DNA from: a virus
DNA: 64,000 nt
IMG/VR virus record: IMGVR_UViG_3300021598_001271
Location: 25,267-89,266 of that record
Direction: 5' to 3' (one strand)
Positions within the stretch are counted from its first letter, which is position 1; every line of letters begins with the position of its first letter. Under the pieces are notes generated by a model. That model was given only the letters and a program-made list of their open reading frames with translations, made no database searches and had not been told where the DNA came from. The position numbers and the translations under genes are program-made. Of this stretch, positions 1 through 8,614 are shown piece after piece.

Positions 1-254
1 AAAACATCATCACTCTTGGTACTAGAACTATACTTACCAGTAACAAACTCACCATTATTATCGTCAATCAATGCAACCTCAAAAGTGTTTTTGAAATTAC
101 CGTACAAACCATCACATCCACCAACAATCGATAAGGTATAGTTACCAACCTTCTCAGTGTACTGTCGAGCATTACGATAGTTTTGAAGACCGCTCGAAGC
201 CATCCCGTGTGGCTTTGAGTTTTGTATGATATGTTCTTTAGTTAATGGTTTCAT
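1..254 (-). CDS. Hypothetical phage protein, partial (runs off the window start)
   Basis: Hand translation from ATG at 254 (MKPLTKEHIIQNSKPHG...SIVGGCDGLYGNFKNTFEVAL...) is open to base 1; the start overlaps the upstream TAA. Confidence 0.75.
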   Translation of the reverse strand, partial: MKPLTKEHIIQNSKPHGMASSGLQNYRNARQYTEKVGNYTLSIVGGCDGLYGNFKNTFEVALIDDNNGEFVTGKYSSSTKSDDV

Positions 255-529
255 TACGCTGGTTGTTCAATTTTAGATTTAGTAAGGATATGGTCAGTCA
301 AAGTGTAAGCATCTACGTTAGTAGTGATTACAGAGTCCTTCAATATTTTGTTTGGGATGTTTACCAAGAAGTCCTCCCCATTGAAGAATGTCAAAGCCTC
401 ATCATTATTCAAACATCCATTAACCATCTTCAAGAACAACTTGAATTGAGTTGGGTTAACAAAAGTTTCATTCAATAGTACACCGAATTTCTCGTGTTGA
501 ATCTTGATAGTTTTAGTTGACATATTCAT
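254..529 (-). CDS. Hypothetical protein
   Basis: 91-aa ORF downstream of a TATCTTTG promoter at 548-557. Confidence 0.8.
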   Translation of the reverse strand: MNMSTKTIKIQHEKFGVLLNETFVNPTQFKLFLKMVNGCLNNDEALTFFNGEDFLVNIPNKILKDSVITTNVDAYTLTDHILTKSKIEQPA

Positions 530-547
530 ATTGTTACCGTTTTAGAA

Positions 548-557
548 TACAAAGATA
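548..557 (-). promoter_or_regulatory. Bacteroidota-type sigma-A -7 promoter element (TAnnTTTG)
   Basis: Minus strand reads TATCTTTGTA, with TTTG about 20 nt upstream; near-identical context at 19245-19254. Confidence 0.7.
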
Positions 558-580
558 CAAATAATTTCTGATTTTACAAA

Positions 581-1459
581 TTATTTTTCAAAAACAGGTA
601 AAGTTTTTTCAACTGAAGAAATAAACTTACTAATTAACAATTTGGCTTCGGAGTACTCTTTTTTGTCAACACCCTTAATAACCTCTAAATGATTTAAGAT
701 GTTATCTAAGTTTAAATTTTTTAAAGTAACCATAACCTTATTCACCTCATCTCTTGACCTTTTCAATCTTAACCATTCCACAGAGTGAATTCTATATTCT
801 AATAACATTCTAACAATTAAACTTTCGTCCCATCCATTATTAATCAATGTTGTTTCAGAAACACGAGAATCATTTTGATTATAAATTTCAATCTCACCTG
901 TCAATTGATGACCAGTTGAATTATAAATCGCAATCTTAGAATACGTACCACCCTTAGAATTTTTCTTATCTATCAAATACGTCAAACAACCTCTACCTGA
1001 GTATGAAGTAAAGGTACTAGGATTATTTTTTGAAGCGGTACACCATCTAGTGTTTGAACCATACTTTAACGAACCTTTATGAGTTTTAGGTTCCAAGTAT
1101 AAAATATCATCGTCCTCATAGATAACTCTAGCGTGCTCATCTCTGTTGAAGGTTTTCTCTTCTTTAATCTCAAAATGTTTTTGGTTATGGTTTTTTAATC
1201 CGTTAAATAACCTATACTCACTTGAGTAGATATCTTTATTAACGGTATTATAAGGTAATAACTCGTCAAACAATTTAACTTCTTTTAATAAGGATTCTGC
1301 GGATGGTAATGATTGGATACCCTCAATCTTAGAGGTCCAAATCTTTAACATATATTCCAAATATTTTTTTGTAGGTGTAAAATCACCATTAACTAATTTT
1401 GTAAATGTCGCCACGGAGATACGTGGGTACTTCTCTCTTAATTCATCAACTTTTGACAT
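581..1459 (-). CDS. Hypothetical protein with a 'YG..TRWCT' motif domain; paralog of 19578..20972
   Basis: GSLKYGSNTRWCTAS...FTSY...LTYLI matches ASWYGG...SRWCTS...YFRNY...PLYVI in the paralog. Confidence 0.75.
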   Translation of the reverse strand: MSKVDELREKYPRISVATFTKLVNGDFTPTKKYLEYMLKIWTSKIEGIQSLPSAESLLKEVKLFDELLPYNTVNKDIYSSEYRLFNGLKNHNQKHFEIKEEKTFNRDEHARVIYEDDDILYLEPKTHKGSLKYGSNTRWCTASKNNPSTFTSYSGRGCLTYLIDKKNSKGGTYSKIAIYNSTGHQLTGEIEIYNQNDSRVSETTLINNGWDESLIVRMLLEYRIHSVEWLRLKRSRDEVNKVMVTLKNLNLDNILNHLEVIKGVDKKEYSEAKLLISKFISSVEKTLPVFEK

Positions 1460-1466
1460 TTTAATT

Positions 1467-1904
1467 TCATATTAAAGTTCTACTTATTTCTCTTTCTATA
1501 TCACGATTTTTAATCGTGTCTCTTTTATCGTGTAATTTTTTACCACGACCTAAAACAACCTCAACCTTTATTAGTCCTCTTTCATTTTCAAAAATACGAT
1601 AAGGCACTATCGTCAAACCTTTTACTAACTCTTTTTTAAGTCTATCCAATTCTATTTTCTTCAAAAGAAGTTTTCTATCTTGTGTAGATTTGTGAGTATA
1701 TGATGAGGACATCTCAGTTATGTTCGCATTCTTAAGAACTAACTCGTCATTAATGAAGGTACAATATGATTCTGACAAAGAAACCTTCCCTGATTTGATT
1801 GATTTAACCTCAGAACCAATTAATACAATACCAGCAATTTCAGTACGAATAACTTCATACTCAAACTTAACTCTCTTGTTTACTATGTTGACTTTGGTTT
1901 TCAC
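1467..1904 (-). CDS. smpB: SsrA-binding protein SmpB
   Basis: NKRVKFEYEV, EIAGIVLIGSEVKSIK, RKLLLKKIE, GLTIVP, GRGKKLHDKRDTIK motifs; GTG start. Confidence 0.96.
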   Translation of the reverse strand: MKTKVNIVNKRVKFEYEVIRTEIAGIVLIGSEVKSIKSGKVSLSESYCTFINDELVLKNANITEMSSSYTHKSTQDRKLLLKKIELDRLKKELVKGLTIVPYRIFENERGLIKVEVVLGRGKKLHDKRDTIKNRDIEREISRTLI

Positions 1905-1908
1905 AGTA

Positions 1909-1917
1909 GCAAAGATA
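1909..1917 (-). promoter_or_regulatory. TAnnTTTG promoter directly upstream of smpB
   Basis: Minus strand TATCTTTG-CTACT-GTG. Confidence 0.6.
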
Positions 1918-1937
1918 ATAATAAAATTTAAATAAAC

Positions 1938-1969
1938 AAAAAAACCTCCTAAAAAAATTTAGGAGGTTT
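1938..1969 (-). terminator. Intrinsic terminator downstream of the large ncRNA
   Basis: Inverted repeat aaacctcctaaa/tttaggaggttt followed by a T run on the minus strand. Confidence 0.75.
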
Positions 1970-2009
1970 AATGTTTTGTTCTATAGATATTGGGTAATTT
2001 TTAAAAAAA

Positions 2010-2930
2010 AGGCTGAGAATACACCGTTTTGTGAGAATCTTTAGAAGGATTATTGTTTCCCTTCATTTCCACCATCTTTTGAATGGTAATCCTCATCGCC
2101 GATTGGTTAGACCAATCACTCCTAAAGGGTTTAACTACTCTTTTACTACTCTACTCTCTTCAATCTTGCGAACTGACTCGGGTTTCGACACCCTAGAGGT
2201 TTTTGGTAAAAATATACGTTGACTTGCGGTCTCGGTATGCCACGGACAACCCGTGACTGTGTAGGCGACTTTCATCAAACCCTGACGAACACTTTTGCTT
2301 ATATCTTTTTAGTATAACTTTTACATTAACCTTGTAAATTATAAGTTTCGTGTCGTGGATGTTTCCAAGTAGAGGTCCGTCTTAAGCCTCGTTATCTTTT
2401 GAACAACAAGATACTTTTCTACTCGGTAGAGTGTCCCCACTCTCATATTTCAAGATTACTTCATACCAAGACCTTGGTGGGTCTTTGGTAAGGATAGTAG
2501 CGACACCACTCGTTCTCTATCTTACCTTCAGGTATCACCCCTTCGGTTTTAAGTCACCTTTTATATTGGAACCCGCAATTGTGTATTTGGAAGTACACTT
2601 CTTACTTGATTCCTATGGGTTATTCTTATTGGTGTTCCCACCTCAAACTGACAATCCACATTGCCCGTTCAGTTTTCCATTTCCCTACGAAGTTATCCTC
2701 GGTACTACAGGCTCACTGATATCCCACTTGTATACTCGAGTTCGGTTTCCCAAACCGCAGAACCACTAACACTGATGATTCCACTTTATCCCCCTTTCGA
2801 GGTTTATTTAACGACCATATACGGCCGATTATCTTTCTCAGTCAAATCTCAATATCAACCCGAGGGTCTCAATATCGACATCCTGATGGATAAATAATAT
2901 TTTCAAAGAACGTTTCGGACTTTTCCGATT
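2010..2930 (-). ncRNA. Large (~900 nt) structured non-coding RNA, GOLLD-like
   Basis: No credible ORF; more GC-rich than flanks; many hairpins (CCTC-GAAA-GGGG, GACC-GCAA-GTC, CAGTTC-GCAA-GATTG, AGAGTG-GGGA-CACTCT, TTGTTC-AAAA-GATAAC, CCATTC-AAAA-GATGG); promoter at the 5' end; 3' end GGTGTATTCTCAGCC then T8. The GOLLD class call rests on size and recalled resemblance only. Confidence 0.7.
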
Positions 2931-2935
2931 TGTTT

Positions 2936-3147
2936 TACAAAGGTAGGTAAAGTTTTTCAATTTACCAAATCTTTTTTTATTTTTTTTTTGACAACCTTAC
3001 TCTATAACTACCGATAGTGAGATTTGGTTTCGGTGATTGTCAAATGTTTTACAAAGGTAATAAACTTTTTTGAATTGTCAATTTTTTTTTTAAAAATTTT
3101 CTGTGTTCAATAAATATGTCCTTGTTTTGTAAAGTTCTACAAAGATA
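2936..3147 (-). promoter_or_regulatory. Three tandem TAnnTTTG promoters upstream of the ncRNA
   Basis: TACCTTTGTA at about 2936-2945 and 3050-3059, TATCTTTGTA at 3138-3147; each has TTG/TTTG or TTGAC about 20 nt upstream. Confidence 0.65.
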
Positions 3148-3297
3148 GTAAATTTTTTCATTCTGTCAACCCATTAAACGACATTTTTTTAATTTGTGGA
3201 ACTTTTTTAAACCTAACTTTGTTTTATGTGGCACAGAGATTGTCTATTTCGGATAATTTTATTATACTTAAGTAACAAATTAATTAAAAATTATATT

Positions 3298-3633
3298 ATG
3301 AAAAATTTCGATTTAAAGTCTACTCTTGAAAGAATTAAAACATTTGTTAAACATTTTATGTTTTATGTTGTGTTTGTATTATCTTTAGTGGTTGGGTTTT
3401 CTGTAGGTTACTACTACAACACAATTAAATCCTATAAGAAGAATATCTACTCACCTGAAGTGGTAATGAAAAAAGACATCACTTTAGCAATCGACGAATC
3501 TAACAATATGATTGTCATTAATAAGAAGGATGGTACCTACATTGTCTACCAAGACAGTGTTGGATACACAATCTTTAACTTTTACGCCAAAAATATTTGG
3601 GGTGAACATAATTCAACACCAGTTAAAAAATAA
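3298..3633 (+). CDS. Single-pass membrane protein coupled to the transglycosylase
   Basis: Likely start ATG 3298 (MKNFDLK); hydrophobic FYVVFVLSLVVGFSVGYYY; TAATG overlap with the next gene. Confidence 0.75.
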   Translation: MKNFDLKSTLERIKTFVKHFMFYVVFVLSLVVGFSVGYYYNTIKSYKKNIYSPEVVMKKDITLAIDESNNMIVINKKDGTYIVYQDSVGYTIFNFYAKNIWGEHNSTPVKK

Positions 3634-4184
3634 TGAATATGAAATTCTTAAATTTCTTTAAGTATTGGTACGTAATTGCTTGTACGTTTATTTTGTTGAC
3701 GAGTCTTTCTGCCGTTTTTGACGAGGACTTGTCTCCAAATAAACGTTTAGAACAAGCATCTTTAAAACCTAACTCCCCTGTTTCTTTACAGATGTATTAT
3801 CTTCTTGAAAAATATTCTGAAGAATATAAGATACCTAAATACATTGCTTACAATGTGGCATTTTTGGAAACAAGGTATCGAGGTCCATTTGATTGGGATT
3901 ACAATCCTTATTTGATTTCATCTGCAGGTGCGGTTGGTCCTATGCAAGTAATGGTTAGAACCGCCGAGTATGTAAATAAAAAAGATATTACTAAATCTAA
4001 TTTGAAAAATAACTTGGAGTTAAATATTTCAACAAGTATGAAATTGTTAAATAAGTTATATAACCAATATGAAGACTGGGGAATATCCTGTGGTTATTAC
4101 AATACAGGATATCCTAAGGTAAATGATTATGCTTTATTCTGTGTAACAAATAAAAATTACACTAAGAATTGGGAATCTTATTGA
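3633..4184 (+). CDS. Lytic transglycosylase (SLT domain) with N-terminal membrane anchor
   Basis: Catalytic LET, SSAGAVGPMQVM, N..NI and YNTG motifs. Confidence 0.88.
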   Translation: MNMKFLNFFKYWYVIACTFILLTSLSAVFDEDLSPNKRLEQASLKPNSPVSLQMYYLLEKYSEEYKIPKYIAYNVAFLETRYRGPFDWDYNPYLISSAGAVGPMQVMVRTAEYVNKKDITKSNLKNNLELNISTSMKLLNKLYNQYEDWGISCGYYNTGYPKVNDYALFCVTNKNYTKNWESY

Positions 4185-6145
4185 TTAAAGAATTTTTTTC
4201 TGATTTCAAAATTAACATCAACCTTATTTAACTTATCATTCAACCAATCTAACATATTAGATTCACTACTGAAAAGTTCTTGCGGGTCTTCATTATCTCT
4301 TAAAGGTAATTCTACAACTCTTTTAGCACCATCTAAATAATGAGCACCACTATTTTTAGGCCCGTATTTAATTACTCCGTTGTCACCAACTAAAATTAAG
4401 TCGTGTACTATATCGTCACAGTCAATACCATTACCATCCACAATTATATATTCTAAATCTTGGAAAGGACTGTATGACCTGTAACCATCAATATGGGGTA
4501 ACATTTCTTTATCATCATCCGATTCTAACAATCCAAAATGCTCAGGTTGTTCTAAGTCAGGTTGTAATCTATAATTTGTAGTTAATTCTTCACCTTTCTT
4601 AATTGGTCGAGACGCTACTAAAAATCTTTGTTTGTCCTTTAAAACATTGTGACAGTTAGGGTCATCACTATGGTTGTGCATTTTACCTAATTCTGTAAAA
4701 TCATAACTAACTCCAGGTTTGTTTATAGTATGTAAAAGTCCAATGGTTTCATTCTCTTCCAAATCATTTTTTGCAAATGAACCTTTTCCCTGGATATCAC
4801 TTTTATCTACGTAATATTTTTTAACATCAACGTTTTCAGTAATATTATTAGATTCGTTATTAATTTTGTCTTTCAATTGTTTAACAAATTCATTTTGAAT
4901 CATTTTAGTAAATTTAACATAAGGTGAATCGTCTGATTCAGGATTATACTTATAAGTTCCTTGTGGTGGTCTGCTAGACCTTCCTAAGTAACTAAGACCT
5001 GAAATATTTGTAATACATTTATGTCCACCGCTATTTGCTTGAATTAAGTCCCAAGCCGAAACACCAATATTATCTAATATCAACATTTCTTCTTCAGTTA
5101 ATTCAGATGTTGGTTTGTTCATTAATTCTCTAACTCTCATTAGATAATCAGCACCACCATCAACAGATTTAAATTTATCACCGTATAATGCAGTGAAGTC
5201 TTTAAACGTGAATCCTACTGATTCAGGTCCAAATCCTTTAGAAGATTCCGAAATCCACTTAATAGTTGATAACGAAACTCTCTTTTCTTTAAGTTGTGAT
5301 TCCCATTTAGATAAAACATCTTGTGCAATCTCACCAAGATTTACTCCTTTTAATTCTCTTTCTTTTTTAAATGGATTACAAGAGGCTTGAACCAATCCTA
5401 ATGGCCAAGCAATAACCAAGAAATCCGCTTCAGGATTATTTTTAAATGGAGTATATCTATCATAGGAACCTGGCTTCATCATACTACCACCACCATACTG
5501 AACGATAATATTGTCGTCAATCTTAACGTTAGGATGTGACTTCATTTGTTGAACGTAACCCTCTTTATTTTTTTCTAACTCAACTTCTTTAGGATAACCT
5601 TTATCACCCATTATTTTCTTTATTTCAGTAAAAATACTCATTAAAGATGGTTGACAGTTCATAACCAACTGTTCAAGGAATCCTGGTTTATTTTTAAAAG
5701 CCAATAATAATTTGTTAGTAACTAAACCTAATAAAGTTTTGTTTTTAGCTAAATCAGAATCTTTGTCAATTCTATAGATATAGTTCATAACCATATCTGG
5801 AGTAATTTCGTTTTTGGCATAGTCAGCACTATCGACCATTGAAATTAAGAATATGTCTTTCGCAGGGAATAGGTCTCCAGGGGATACTATCTGAGAAATA
5901 AAGTCCACTAAGACAGGCATTGTATCACCCTGAGCATCATTCTTCTTAACAGAAAACTCTTTATCACCATATTGAATTACGTGAGCGTCAACTACTTTAA
6001 TACCATTGTTCTCAAGGTATTTTTTCATCGCAATAGCGGTAGTAACACCGTCTAAATCTTGGTGAAAGTATATTTCCGCTTTTGGATATCTTTTTTTAAG
6101 TAGGTTAATATCTCTTAACCCTGATTCTTTTAAAATTCTTTTCAT
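4178..6145 (-). CDS. DHH-phosphoesterase-like protein fused to a SET domain
   Basis: YFHQDLDG (DHH motif I) and GGHK (DHHA1-like); SET motifs KSDIQGKGSFA, MHNHSDDPNC, RPIKKGEELTTNY. Confidence 0.78.
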   Translation of the reverse strand: MKRILKESGLRDINLLKKRYPKAEIYFHQDLDGVTTAIAMKKYLENNGIKVVDAHVIQYGDKEFSVKKNDAQGDTMPVLVDFISQIVSPGDLFPAKDIFLISMVDSADYAKNEITPDMVMNYIYRIDKDSDLAKNKTLLGLVTNKLLLAFKNKPGFLEQLVMNCQPSLMSIFTEIKKIMGDKGYPKEVELEKNKEGYVQQMKSHPNVKIDDNIIVQYGGGSMMKPGSYDRYTPFKNNPEADFLVIAWPLGLVQASCNPFKKERELKGVNLGEIAQDVLSKWESQLKEKRVSLSTIKWISESSKGFGPESVGFTFKDFTALYGDKFKSVDGGADYLMRVRELMNKPTSELTEEEMLILDNIGVSAWDLIQANSGGHKCITNISGLSYLGRSSRPPQGTYKYNPESDDSPYVKFTKMIQNEFVKQLKDKINNESNNITENVDVKKYYVDKSDIQGKGSFAKNDLEENETIGLLHTINKPGVSYDFTELGKMHNHSDDPNCHNVLKDKQRFLVASRPIKKGEELTTNYRLQPDLEQPEHFGLLESDDDKEMLPHIDGYRSYSPFQDLEYIIVDGNGIDCDDIVHDLILVGDNGVIKYGPKNSGAHYLDGAKRVVELPLRDNEDPQELFSSESNMLDWLNDKLNKVDVNFEIRKKFFNQ

Positions 6146-6148
6146 ATA

Positions 6149-6535
6149 TTAATCCCACCCTAACCAGTGCATTGCTTTATCAAAAAGGTCACCTTCATCT
6201 GATTTACATTCGTTAAACAAGTTTCTGTCTTTCTGAGGCATTTTAGACATTGTATTATAACCCCATACACCATCTTGGTCAGCGTTAATCATACCTTGGT
6301 AATTGAAAATAGCTTGAGCAGTTTTTGAATTAGGATAATTACCGATACTACCATCAACAACTAAAGAATTACCCGCATCGTCCTTCACACCTTTTTTGTT
6401 TAAGAAACATTGTACCGCTCTCTTAAAATTATACTCTTCTAATTGTTCAAAGATATTACCTTTTGATTTTTCTTCTTGATGTAATTTAAGAATTGAATCT
6501 TTTTCCGATTCATTTATAATAAATCTCTTATTCAT
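6149..6535 (-). CDS. Protein with a peptidoglycan-binding-like domain
   Basis: VQCFLN..G...LVVDGSIG..KTAQAIFNYQ...DGVWG pattern typical of PG_binding_1. Confidence 0.65.
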   Translation of the reverse strand: MNKRFIINESEKDSILKLHQEEKSKGNIFEQLEEYNFKRAVQCFLNKKGVKDDAGNSLVVDGSIGNYPNSKTAQAIFNYQGMINADQDGVWGYNTMSKMPQKDRNLFNECKSDEGDLFDKAMHWLGWD

Positions 6536-6569
6536 AATAAATTGTTTTAGTTATAAATATTCAATAAAT

Positions 6570-6594
6570 AAAAAAAGGGGTTATAAAACCCCTT
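6570..6594 (-). terminator. Intrinsic terminator after the DNA methyltransferase
   Basis: aaggggtt/aacccctt stem with a T tract on the minus strand. Confidence 0.55.
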
Positions 6595-7435
6595 CAATTA
6601 CTAATTGTTTTTTCTTTTCAACAAACTCATTAACTCGTTTTCTTGCAACATCTGTATATGATTCAGAAAGTTCAATACCAATCCAACGTCTGTCATTAAC
6701 CTCAGCCGCAACTAAACTAGTACCCGACCCTACAAATGGGTCAAGAACAATATCATTTCTATATGTTAAAATTTTAATGGCTTTCGCTGGAATATCCATT
6801 GAGAATGTTGCTTTAGTCATTTGTTTAGTGTCTGCAAAGTATTCCCACTGACCGTACACTAAACTCATAAATTCTTTTTTAGATTCTTCAGGGTACATAA
6901 TTTTGGTTTTAAACGTACCATCCGCCTGTTCCATATCAACAGGTTCACCAACCCATTGTGGTTCACCTTTTTCCTGTTTTTTAGAATTAATCTTATATCC
7001 TAATATTACACACTCTTTAGGATTATAGATATATGGAGATGATGGCGACATCCAAGAACCCCAAGCAGTTGTTTTACTTCTGTGTGGAGACTGTTCGTCA
7101 AGGTCTACAAGACCAAAGAATTTAAAACCAACTTCTTTCATAATCATCCAAAACTCAGCCATAAATAAAATACGACCACCTCTATCTTGAACATTAACTT
7201 CGTATGGAATGTTAACGGCAATTCTACCTCCAACCTTTAAAGTTCTGTACGACTCAGATAACCATTGTTTAGTAAATTCCCAATACTCATCCATACTCAT
7301 TCTATCATTGTGTGAATCATATTCAATCCCAACATTATATGGAGGACTAGTAACTACTAAATCTATTGAATTTTCAGGAAATTTAGACATTTCTTTAATG
7401 CAATCCCCATTAATAACTTTTTGTGTCTCTATCAT
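6581..7435 (-). CDS. Site-specific DNA methyltransferase, beta class (N4-C/N6-A)
   Basis: DLVVTSPPY precedes VLDPFVGSGT and WIGIEL; no cognate endonuclease adjacent. Confidence 0.93.
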   Translation of the reverse strand: MIETQKVINGDCIKEMSKFPENSIDLVVTSPPYNVGIEYDSHNDRMSMDEYWEFTKQWLSESYRTLKVGGRIAVNIPYEVNVQDRGGRILFMAEFWMIMKEVGFKFFGLVDLDEQSPHRSKTTAWGSWMSPSSPYIYNPKECVILGYKINSKKQEKGEPQWVGEPVDMEQADGTFKTKIMYPEESKKEFMSLVYGQWEYFADTKQMTKATFSMDIPAKAIKILTYRNDIVLDPFVGSGTSLVAAEVNDRRWIGIELSESYTDVARKRVNEFVEKKKQLVIEGVL

Positions 7436-7524
7436 TATATTTTTTTTACATCCAACCTCTACCAGATTTTTCCATAGATATTAATCTTTGTTCTTCAACA
7501 AAAATCATAAACTTGTAAAAATTT

Positions 7525-7653
7525 TTAAGAATCCTGAATAGTTTTTTGTTTAATTTCTTTATTTTTACTATAAGCATCACAATCAATTTTTTCACTTGTT
7601 TTACAACTACAAATTGTCACAAAGATTAAGAGAAATAATAGTATTTTTTTCAT
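7525..7653 (-). CDS. Small putative lipoprotein (42 aa, not in ORF track)
   Basis: MKKILLFLLIFVTICSCKTSEKIDCDAY...: signal peptide with lipobox-like CSC. Confidence 0.6.
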   Translation of the reverse strand: MKKILLFLLIFVTICSCKTSEKIDCDAYSKNKEIKQKTIQDS

Positions 7654-7655
7654 AA

Positions 7656-7961
7656 CTAATCAATATTTTCAGATAATCTGTATACAGTTATACCACCTTT
7701 TTTAATTGGTTCAATCATTAAATCTAGAAATACTGCGTTTTGTTCACCAGCGTGAAGACCTAAGATATTGAAATCATAAAATTCTTCGGCTTCTCCTTGA
7801 GTCATTAAATCACGTTCACAAAGAATCTGAATTATCTTAGGTTTAGAGTATAGAATTCTTCTACCGTTACCGAATTCTTCTACAATACCTACGATTGCAT
7901 CTTCAAGACCGTCAAGTAATATTGCCCCCTCAGCGTATTCGTTGATATCAACAGTTATCAT
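7656..7961 (-). CDS. Hypothetical phage protein
   Basis: LDGLEDAIVG...EAEEFYDFNILG motif; tight operon packing. Confidence 0.8.
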   Translation of the reverse strand: MITVDINEYAEGAILLDGLEDAIVGIVEEFGNGRRILYSKPKIIQILCERDLMTQGEAEEFYDFNILGLHAGEQNAVFLDLMIEPIKKGGITVYRLSENID

Positions 7962-8179
7962 TAGTCTTTAATATTAAAATATTTTTCAATCGCCTCCAAT
8001 TTATCGTCAGCATCAACTAATAATGTTAACGCCTCAGATGCGTCTTTTAAGAAATCATTTGCCGTGTGGTCTCCAATACCAACTGCTTGATTTTCTAACA
8101 GGTCTAAAGCCATTAATGCTTTTTCTTTATCTGCCAAAGCCTGTGCTTTCAAAGCTGCGAATACTCTACTTTTTTTCAT
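7961..8179 (-). CDS. Hypothetical helical protein
   Basis: Probable start ATG 8179 (MKKSRVFAALKAQ); VGIGDH motif. Confidence 0.75.
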   Translation of the reverse strand: MKKSRVFAALKAQALADKEKALMALDLLENQAVGIGDHTANDFLKDASEALTLLVDADDKLEAIEKYFNIKD

Positions 8180-8390
8180 TTTTTTTACGTTTTTTTTGTT
8201 TTGGTTTAATATTGTTAGAATGGTTATCTTCAATTTCTTTCTCAAAGATAACTTCTTTTTTACTTTCTTTAACTGTGTTTTTATTTATTTCAGTTTCAAT
8301 AATTTCTTTAAAACTTTTATTTGAATTAGTTTGTTTTGTTTTATTTTTTTTAACAAAAATTAGTTTAAAAAACTTTTCAAAAATACTCAT
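8166..8390 (-). CDS. Hypothetical Lys-rich protein
   Basis: 74-aa ORF overlapping both neighbours. Confidence 0.55.
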   Translation of the reverse strand: MSIFEKFFKLIFVKKNKTKQTNSNKSFKEIIETEINKNTVKESKKEVIFEKEIEDNHSNNIKPKQKKRKKNEKK

Positions 8391-8611
8391 AGATTATTAT
8401 TTTCTAAATTATTTATTTTTCTTTCCAAGTACCACAAAGCCTTTTTTAAATCTTGTAGTTCTTTATCCGTACCTTTTTTACCCGCCCTTGAAATATATTT
8501 AACAGTATTTCCAAGATGGAAATCTAAATCCCAAGCTTCAATAACTTTAATTGCTTCATATAGATTTTCTTCACCCCCGTAATGTTGTGGATGATTTACT
8601 TGTTCACTCAT
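8387..8611 (-). CDS. DUF3310-family phage protein
   Basis: VNHPQHY...EAIKVI...FHLGNTVKYISRAGKK...DLKKALWYL. Confidence 0.9.
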   Translation of the reverse strand: MSEQVNHPQHYGGEENLYEAIKVIEAWDLDFHLGNTVKYISRAGKKGTDKELQDLKKALWYLERKINNLENNNL

Positions 8612-8614
8612 AAA

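Noticed and set aside
2060-2195. tmRNA (standard or permuted), suggested by TTCCACCA at 2067-2074 and GGTTTCGAC at 2181-2189 near smpB
   Set aside because: No T-arm before the CCA and no complementary GGGG acceptor strand; promoter and terminator polarity favour a minus-strand RNA.
2031-2897. Plus-strand ORFs 2031..2222, 2431..2769 and 2661..2897
   Set aside because: Non-ATG starts, atypical composition, no motifs; they are antisense to the structured RNA.
6581-7435. Restriction-modification system
   Set aside because: Neither this MTase nor the Dam-like one has an adjacent endonuclease; both look like orphan protective methylases.
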